Shown in pieces: positions 58,093-64,000 of a stretch of 64,000 nucleotides of DNA. The notes under the pieces were generated by a model. The model worked only from the letters and a program-made list of their open reading frames with translations. It did not search any database and had not been told where the DNA came from. Every line of letters starts with the position of its first letter. The first letter of the stretch is position 1. A program made the translations under genes and the position numbers. This stretch comes from Deltaproteobacteria bacterium (GTDB taxonomy: Bacteria; Desulfobacterota; Binatia; UTPRO1), in the NCBI GenBank assembly GCA_029262315.1, contig JAJCZP010000108.1:21449-85448 (forward strand). The letters are read 5' to 3'.

Positions 58093-58141
58093 TTCGCGGA
58101 ACTGGGAGGCGTGCGTTCGCGGCAGTTCCTGGAATTGAGAT
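58093..58141. promoter_or_regulatory. palindromic operator variants TTCGCG-N4-TGGGAG (58093) and TTCCTG-N4-TGAGAT (58126)
   Basis: Degenerate copies of the recurring motif upstream of a sigma-54 match. Confidence 0.45.
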
Positions 58142-58200
58142 TCCGGGAGTTCCCACGCCCGCATCTCGCGCAACCACGAGCGTCGAGCAGCGGACGATAC

Positions 58201-58216
58201 GGGTACGCTAGTTGCA
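58201..58216 (+). promoter_or_regulatory. sigma-54 promoter (GGGTACG-CTAG-TTGCA)
   Basis: Strong match, 15 nt before ATG 58231. Confidence 0.75.
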
Positions 58217-58230
58217 GTCTCATAGAAGCC

Positions 58231-59127
58231 ATGAGCGATCTTGCGTACACCCCGAGTCCCCGCGTGGCACAGATCGGCTCGATCATCCGTGAGTCGGCAA
58301 GCACCCACACGCTTGTGTTGGTGCTGCAGTCGCCCGCCCCCGAGCTTGACGCAGCGCGTCCTGGTCAGTTCATCGTGGTGTCCGTCTTTGGACACGGCGA
58401 GGCGGCGTTCGTGCTCTCGAGCCTGCCGGGTCCGGGGAGTCTCCCCGGAACGGTGGGATGCGTGCCTGGAAGCGTCGTCGTGACAGTTCGCCGCGCCGGT
58501 GACCTCAGCGCGGCGCTGCTCGACCTCCCCGTGGGAGCGACGGTCGGCGTCCGGGGCCCGTACGGGTGCGGCTTTCCGCGCAGCGATCTCGCGCAGCCGA
58601 CGATCTACGTCGCGGGGGGCTGCGGATTGGCGGCGCTCAAGGCCGCGATCGACCTTCACATCGCGACGCGACCGTTCGCGACCGACATCGCCGTGGTGTA
58701 CGGCGCACGCACCCCGGATGCCCGCGTGCTCCGATCGGCCCTCGAGGCGTGGAGCTACGCCGAGAACGTACTCGTGCTCGAATGCGTGGAGGAGGCTGAT
58801 GACGCGTGGCAAGGCCGACGCGGCACGGTCGTCGACCACCTACCCGACGCGCTCGCCCGGGCCCGGCCGACCCGCGCGGCGATTAGTGGCCCTGCCGCGA
58901 TGCTACGGCCGATTGCGGAGACGCTGATCCGCGCCGGGATCGACGCCTCCCAGGTGCATCTCGCCGTCGAGCACTCCATGGAGTGCGCCACCGGAGCGGG
59001 TGGGCACGACGATCTGAACCACCGCCGCCTGTGTACTGACGGCCCGGTGTTCTCGTATGCCGAGCTACGCGGGCGGCCGGATGCTTTCGGGCCGCCGCCC
59101 GGTCCCAGCACCGCTCTCGCGCGCTGA
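58231..59127 (+). CDS. AsrB/PyrK/hydrogenase-gamma-like FAD/NAD-binding protein with degenerate 2Fe-2S motif
   Basis: PGQF..VSV.G.GE, RGPYG.GF, AGGCGLA, YGARTP, C-terminal MECATGAGGHD..LCTDGPVF. Confidence 0.8.
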   Translation: MSDLAYTPSPRVAQIGSIIRESASTHTLVLVLQSPAPELDAARPGQFIVVSVFGHGEAAFVLSSLPGPGSLPGTVGCVPGSVVVTVRRAGDLSAALLDLPVGATVGVRGPYGCGFPRSDLAQPTIYVAGGCGLAALKAAIDLHIATRPFATDIAVVYGARTPDARVLRSALEAWSYAENVLVLECVEEADDAWQGRRGTVVDHLPDALARARPTRAAISGPAAMLRPIAETLIRAGIDASQVHLAVEHSMECATGAGGHDDLNHRRLCTDGPVFSYAELRGRPDAFGPPPGPSTALAR

Positions 59128-59179
59128 GGGCTCTCGCATCAAGCAGAAATCCGCTACATAGTGCGACGGGGGCTCAGTC

Positions 59180-60475
59180 ATGGCGAATCGTAAAAAGCTC
59201 GCGATCCTCGTGGGTGGCGGGCCGGCGCCCGGCATCAACGCAGTCATTAGTGCCGCGACAATTCGCGCCGTGCTCGGGGGCGTCGACGTTCTCGGCATAC
59301 GCGATGGGTTCGAGTGGATTATGCACGGTGACATCGATCACGTGCGCCCGCTCACCATTCGTGACGTGAGTCGCATCCATGTTCGCGGTGGATCGTACAT
59401 CGGCATCTCGCGCGCGAACCCGACGCGAGACCCGGAGCATCTCGAGAACGTCGTGACGTCCCTGCTCCGACTGAACGTGTCACAGCTGATCACGATCGGT
59501 GGCGACGACACGGCCTTCTCGGCGATGAAGCTCGCGGAGCGCTCCGCCGGGCGCATTCGGGTCGTGCACGTTCCCAAGACGATCGACAACGATCTGGATC
59601 TCCCGCCGGACATCGACACGTTCGGGTATCGGACCGCCCGCCACTTCGGTTCCGAGATCGTGAAGAACATCATGGTCGACGCCCAGACGACGTCGCGCTG
59701 GTATTTCATCATCGCGATGGGGCGCAAAACCGGCCACCTCGCCCTCGGCATTGGCAAAGCAGCCGGAGCGACCGTCACCCTGATTCCAGAAGAGTTCGGG
59801 CCGGATGGCATTCGCCTGAAAGCGATCGTGGACACTCTGGTGGGCGCGATCATCAAGCGTCTCAGCTATGGCCGGCGCGACGGCGTAGCGGTCGTCGCCG
59901 AGGGTGTCGTCCTCGGGATGCACCCCGAGGACATGGCCTACCTCCCCGACGTCGAACGCGATGCGCACGGCAACCTGCGCATCGCCGAGGTCGATATCGG
60001 CGAAACGCTCAAGAAGGCCGTGCAGGTCCGGCTCCGTGAGCTGGAAGTCAAAAGCACCATCGTAGCCAAGAACATCGGCTACGAGCTGCGCTGCGCCGAC
60101 CCCATTCCGGACGATCTCGAGTACACCCGCGACCTCGGGTACTGCGCCGCCAAGCATCTCCTCGACGGCGGCAATGCGTCGATGGTGTCTCTGCAAGGAG
60201 GTCGCTTCGTCGCCGTGTCGTTCGCTTCCATGCTCGATGCAGAGACCGGCCGTGCGCGGATCCGCGCAGTGGATGTCTCGTCCGTCCGCTACGCGATCGG
60301 TCGGCGCTTCATGATCCGACTTCGGCGTGATGACTTCGAGGATCCACACGAGCTTGCGAAGTTCGCCGCAACCGCACGGATGTCCCTCGAGAAGTTTCGC
60401 GAGGAGTTCGAATACCTGATGTCGCTGGAGCCCCCGCAGCTCCAGCTCGAGCCCCCGGAGGCCGCTACCACCTGA
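59180..60475 (+). CDS. pfp: pyrophosphate-dependent 6-phosphofructokinase
   Basis: GGGPAPGIN, GGDDT and PKTIDND (PPi signature), MGR, GYELRC. Confidence 0.88.
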   Translation: MANRKKLAILVGGGPAPGINAVISAATIRAVLGGVDVLGIRDGFEWIMHGDIDHVRPLTIRDVSRIHVRGGSYIGISRANPTRDPEHLENVVTSLLRLNVSQLITIGGDDTAFSAMKLAERSAGRIRVVHVPKTIDNDLDLPPDIDTFGYRTARHFGSEIVKNIMVDAQTTSRWYFIIAMGRKTGHLALGIGKAAGATVTLIPEEFGPDGIRLKAIVDTLVGAIIKRLSYGRRDGVAVVAEGVVLGMHPEDMAYLPDVERDAHGNLRIAEVDIGETLKKAVQVRLRELEVKSTIVAKNIGYELRCADPIPDDLEYTRDLGYCAAKHLLDGGNASMVSLQGGRFVAVSFASMLDAETGRARIRAVDVSSVRYAIGRRFMIRLRRDDFEDPHELAKFAATARMSLEKFREEFEYLMSLEPPQLQLEPPEAATT

Positions 60476-60484
60476 CGGCGAGCG

Positions 60485-60859
60485 TCAGCCTATGGCCGCC
60501 GCCTTGTCCATGATGCAGATGTAGACGCAATCCTGGCGCACCTCGTTGATGTCAACGCCGAAATTTATGATGTTGTGGTTCTGGAGATCTACGAGAATCG
60601 CATGGTTCGGGCAGTGGTAGGTAAACCTAAAGAAAAACTTGTCACCTATCCGATCCAAGATCTGCTCCATGATCTCCATGTCGGTATGCGCGATCTCGCT
60701 CCGACGTTCCTCGAACTCGAGGAAGGGCATTTGAAAGAGGTGCTCGAATGCGGCCGGTAGCGCCTCGGACCCACGGAAGAATGCGGCGATGCTGTCGACC
60801 TCCCAGATTTCGAAGTTCGAATACTGCGAGCATGTCTCTCGGAAGTCCTGAACCAACAT
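60485..60859 (-). CDS. hypothetical protein (lower GC)
   Basis: 124-aa ORF 3 nt after the hemerythrin-like stop; natural amino-acid composition. Confidence 0.65.
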   Translation of the reverse strand: MLVQDFRETCSQYSNFEIWEVDSIAAFFRGSEALPAAFEHLFQMPFLEFEERRSEIAHTDMEIMEQILDRIGDKFFFRFTYHCPNHAILVDLQNHNIINFGVDINEVRQDCVYICIMDKAAAIG

Positions 60860-60862
60860 CCG

Positions 60863-61570
60863 CTACGACCCCTGCGTCGGCGAGACGGCCCGTGTGGGGT
60901 TGGATGCGTCCGACTCGCGCGCAAGACTCTCGAGCTCATCCTCGCTCAAGAACTCCTGCGCCAACGCAAAGGCAATCCGGTCTTCACGGAACATATGCAG
61001 ACGTAGCATCTTGATAAGCGCTTCGCATCGTTCAACCGCGATCGAGAGGACGATCCCTTTCGAAGCGGGATCCTGTAGTCGGTACGCCAGCGCGGAGAAT
61101 CCCATCGCCAGCGCGCTGATTCGTACCGCTTCGATATGCTCCCCCTCGAGGACAGACACCGGGGTCACCGGGTTGGGGCCGCAGCTGTGCTCGCCGCGTT
61201 CCAGCATCTTGCGTCGCAGTATCGGGAATAGCTCCCGCTCTTCACGTCGATTGTGGCCAACCACGTCGGAGTCGAAGTAGTCGAAGAAGACCTTGATCTC
61301 GGCGAATCGTTGTTCCGAGATCTCGCCTTCACGGCGAATCTCGGCGACGAGGGATTCGAGCCGTGCCAGATGCTCGGAATACTGCGCGTGTTCCTCCACA
61401 AACGTCCGGAGGTACGGATGCATGTTCTCCGGAGTCACACCGTTGTTCACTGGCTGCGCGTACTCATCGGGTGGATCGAAGGGCGAGGACCCCTTCTGGG
61501 CATCGAAATCCACGGTGCCCTGCGGGTGCAGGGGGTCGATCTGCTTCAGGCGCTTTTGATCGAGGTCCAT
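60863..61570 (-). CDS. hemerythrin HHE-domain protein
   Basis: EEH, HNRREE..LFP, EGEH, HMFRED; AAGGA SD. Confidence 0.82.
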   Translation of the reverse strand: MDLDQKRLKQIDPLHPQGTVDFDAQKGSSPFDPPDEYAQPVNNGVTPENMHPYLRTFVEEHAQYSEHLARLESLVAEIRREGEISEQRFAEIKVFFDYFDSDVVGHNRREERELFPILRRKMLERGEHSCGPNPVTPVSVLEGEHIEAVRISALAMGFSALAYRLQDPASKGIVLSIAVERCEALIKMLRLHMFREDRIAFALAQEFLSEDELESLARESDASNPTRAVSPTQGS

Positions 61571-61680
61571 CAGGCCATCCTTCTCAAGTCTCCCGAAGAA
61601 AACGGAGGTTGTCGGCTCACGGTTCCCGTTGCGTGGCCTGACACCTATCTATGAGACACCTCAGGGTCTGGCAACACGCC

Positions 61681-61696
61681 TGCAACGGTCCCACCG
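61681..61696 (-). promoter_or_regulatory. possible sigma-54 promoter (CGGTGGG-ACCG-TTGCA)
   Basis: GG-N10-GC with TTGCA; weak -24 half. Confidence 0.4.
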
Positions 61697-61783
61697 ACGC
61701 GTTCCTGCGCCTGCGGTCGCCGGACGAGGTAGCGACAGAGGCGCTCGAGTCGCTACCTGAAAGGATCCGGTGCAGGCTTCCCA

Positions 61784-62140
61784 TCAGGCATCGCCACCGG
61801 GGCGCAGCCGCACGCGCATGGCGCCGTCCTCGCCGCGCGCGTCGGGATCGGGGCTCGCGCTCTCGACCCAACGGTGCCCTTCCTTCGCGAGCCAACGCGG
61901 TACGACTTCGCGGAGAATCCCGTGCCCGCCCGGACTGCCCCGACCCTTTCCATAGATGATGCGCACGTCGCGATGCCCGTCGGTGGCCGCGTCGCGGACG
62001 AAGCGCTCGGTAGCGGCGAGCGCGTCTTTGACACCGAGACCGTGGAGGTCGAGGACCGGGCTCCCTCGTCCGAGCGCCGGGCTCGCGCGCCGAAGGAGCG
62101 CGGTCAGCAGGCGATCGAGTAGATTTCCGAGAGCCGACAT
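61784..62140 (-). CDS. stand-alone Smr/MutS2-domain protein
   Basis: LDLHG, IIYGKG.GS, GILR..V..WL, G.DGA. Confidence 0.87.
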   Translation of the reverse strand: MSALGNLLDRLLTALLRRASPALGRGSPVLDLHGLGVKDALAATERFVRDAATDGHRDVRIIYGKGRGSPGGHGILREVVPRWLAKEGHRWVESASPDPDARGEDGAMRVRLRPGGDA

Positions 62141-62355
62141 ATCCTTCCTGCGCTTTCTCATGCCTGAGCGATCCGAGGCTGTCGACGACCGCACGCTCGT
62201 ATTGTGGGGGTGTGCCAGGGGTGTGTCGCCGTTGGCATCGTGGTGTGCCATCGCGTTTGCGAGTGGCACACTGTCTCAAAACGGACGCATGGGCATGTGC
62301 CGTGGCGGGAGCGCTATGCTCGGCGATACGGGGGCTTTGGCGGTGTTCCGTCGCC

Positions 62356-62371
62356 TGGCAGCGGATTTGCT
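62356..62371 (+). promoter_or_regulatory. sigma-54 promoter (TGGCAGC-GGAT-TTGCT)
   Basis: Good match upstream of the GAF histidine kinase. Confidence 0.65.
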
Positions 62372-62421
62372 TTTCTAGCGGCAGACGCTGGTTGTTCGAG
62401 ACAATGCCGAACTCATTTCCC

Positions 62422-63936
62422 ATGACAGATGACATTGCCGCGGTTGCGCGCCGCGTCGTGCGCCGCACACGGTATCAGTTGCCGAGTGCACTTCGCGTTG
62501 CGTGTATCCAGGTGCTGGTGGTCGGGACGCTTCTGGCGCCGAGCCTTGTGGTGTACATCGCCGCCGACGGGATGCTCCCCGCCGAGATGGTGGCGGGGCG
62601 CGCCCTGGTCGTGGCGGCACTTCTGGTGCTGGCCGCGTTCGTGTTTCCCGGTGTGCGACAGGCGGCCTACGAGCGCTTGGACCGGGCGATCTTTCCGGAG
62701 CGGAGCGGTCGTCGCCGCGCGCTTGGAACCGCCATCCGTGACGTGGCCGCTCTCCTCGATGTGCAGATTTTGGCGCAGACGCTTCGGCAGCGCTTGCACG
62801 AAGCGCTCGACGTCGACGCGGTCGGCTTGTGGCTTCGCGACGACGCGAGTGGCTCCTATCGTCTGGCCGATGGATCCGGGTCGGAGACGCACGGAGCGAT
62901 CATCGCCATGCCCGACGTTTCCGTCATCGATGCGTGGGTGGCAGACGCGGGTGGCAGCCCCCGCTTCGTCCGGTGCGCGGGGGATGGTGGGGATCGTCTT
63001 GACCAGGCCTTCCGTCGCCTCGGTGGACGGATCTGTTTTCCGCTACAGACCGAGACGGGCCCGCTCGGTGTGCTCGTGATCGGTCCACGTCGGGCCGACA
63101 AGCCGTACGCACGCGATCACATCGAGCTCCTGTCGGTGCTCGCCAACCAGGTGGCGATGGCGATCGACAACACGCGATTGCATCAAGAACTCGACGCGTC
63201 GAATCTCAAGCTCTCCGAGTCGCGCCAGATGCTCCAGCGGGCGAGCCAACTGACGACGGTCGGGACGCTCGCGGCGGGTCTGGTCCACGAGATCCGCAAT
63301 CCCCTTGCTGCCGTGCAGACGTTCCTGCAGGTGCTGCCCGATCGATTGACCGATCCCGAGATCACGGTCGACTTCCGGAAGGTTGCCCTCGGCGAGGTCC
63401 AGCGTGTTTCGAAGCTTCTCACTGAGCTGTTGCACGTGGCTAGGAAGCAAACGGTGACGTTCCAGCCGACGCCGCTCGACGATGTCGTTGAGCAGGTGGT
63501 GCGGCTCCTCCGCGTTGCTGCCGAGCGTCGTCACGTCGAGCTGCGGCGCGTCGGCGACGCTCTTCCCCGCGCGCAGGCGGATCCGGCTCGATTGAAGCAA
63601 GCGCTGCTCAATCTCGTCTTGAACGCCATCGAGGCGTCGACACCGGGCACGACCGTGACGATCGGGACGCGAACCGACGTCGATGCGACCGGTGCGAAGC
63701 TCGCCGAGTTCGCGGTGCGGGATTCCGGGCCCGGCGTGCCCGCCGACCGCCATGAGGTGATCTTCGAGCCGTTCTCCACGACCAAGGAATCCGGCACTGG
63801 GCTCGGGCTCTCCGTGACCCGTCAGATCGTCAACGAACACGGGGGGCGCATTCACGTCCAGAGCGAAGAAGGGCTCGGCGCGACGTTCACCGTGCGGGTG
63901 CCACTCGAACAGCCCGCGGCGCCCAGTGTACACTGA
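62422..63936 (+). CDS. membrane GAF-domain sensor histidine kinase
   Basis: 2 TM, GAF (LLSVLANQVAMAIDN), HEIRNPL, NLVLNAIEA, DSGPG, GTGLGL. Start 62422 or 62404. Confidence 0.9.
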   Translation: MTDDIAAVARRVVRRTRYQLPSALRVACIQVLVVGTLLAPSLVVYIAADGMLPAEMVAGRALVVAALLVLAAFVFPGVRQAAYERLDRAIFPERSGRRRALGTAIRDVAALLDVQILAQTLRQRLHEALDVDAVGLWLRDDASGSYRLADGSGSETHGAIIAMPDVSVIDAWVADAGGSPRFVRCAGDGGDRLDQAFRRLGGRICFPLQTETGPLGVLVIGPRRADKPYARDHIELLSVLANQVAMAIDNTRLHQELDASNLKLSESRQMLQRASQLTTVGTLAAGLVHEIRNPLAAVQTFLQVLPDRLTDPEITVDFRKVALGEVQRVSKLLTELLHVARKQTVTFQPTPLDDVVEQVVRLLRVAAERRHVELRRVGDALPRAQADPARLKQALLNLVLNAIEASTPGTTVTIGTRTDVDATGAKLAEFAVRDSGPGVPADRHEVIFEPFSTTKESGTGLGLSVTRQIVNEHGGRIHVQSEEGLGATFTVRVPLEQPAAPSVH

Positions 63937-64000
63937 GCGCCGCTCGGGAGTTTCCCGGCGTACCGCACGACTGAATGTTGGGTCCCCAGCGTGTCTATCT

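Noticed and set aside
7515-62422. FNR/FixK boxes (TTGAT-N4-ATCAA) as the island's regulator
   Set aside because: No convincing copy in the intergenic regions; sigma-54 matches and a different palindrome are found instead.
1-64000. Hundreds of overlapping ORFs in the six-frame track, including long ones (e.g. 11436-13001+, 17874-19103-, 52212-53843-)
   Set aside because: They are antisense or alternate-frame shadows of clear genes in GC-rich DNA, with no recognisable motifs.
1-64000. CRISPR arrays, tRNA/rRNA, transposases, integrases, att sites
   Set aside because: None seen by reading; I found no mobility genes or boundary repeats for the island.

Overview
GC-rich (~65% by eye), gene-dense bacterial DNA. 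The DUF1329 gene and overall content suggest a deltaproteobacteria-like lineage such as Ca. Binatia (inference only). No rRNA, tRNA, CRISPR or mobile element was seen. 1-7.5 kb holds ordinary genes (SRPBCC, GST, GT2, methyltransferases, TPR, DUF1329, crotonase). From ~7.6 kb to the end, the window looks like one large low-oxygen/energy-stress island. It has seven CBS-pair genes, two USPs, two hemerythrin-domain genes, BON, HPF, Smr, two WS/DGATs (one fused to CBS), TreT, PPi-PFK, PFOR, D-LDH, GDH, a P-type ATPase and a COG2187 kinase. It also has a porin-multiheme cytochrome conduit (monoheme, NapC, 9-heme lipoprotein, MtrA-type decaheme, MtrB-like barrel) and an unusual nqr operon. In that operon NqrA and a shortened NqrB lacking the FMN-attachment motif are fused in frame; nqrM and apbE follow, and a convergent tetraheme c3 gene lies next to apbE. 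About 11 sigma-54 (-24/-12) promoter matches and 10 copies of a shared palindrome TTCNCA-N4-TGNGAA in the intergenic DNA suggest a single sigma-54 regulon.
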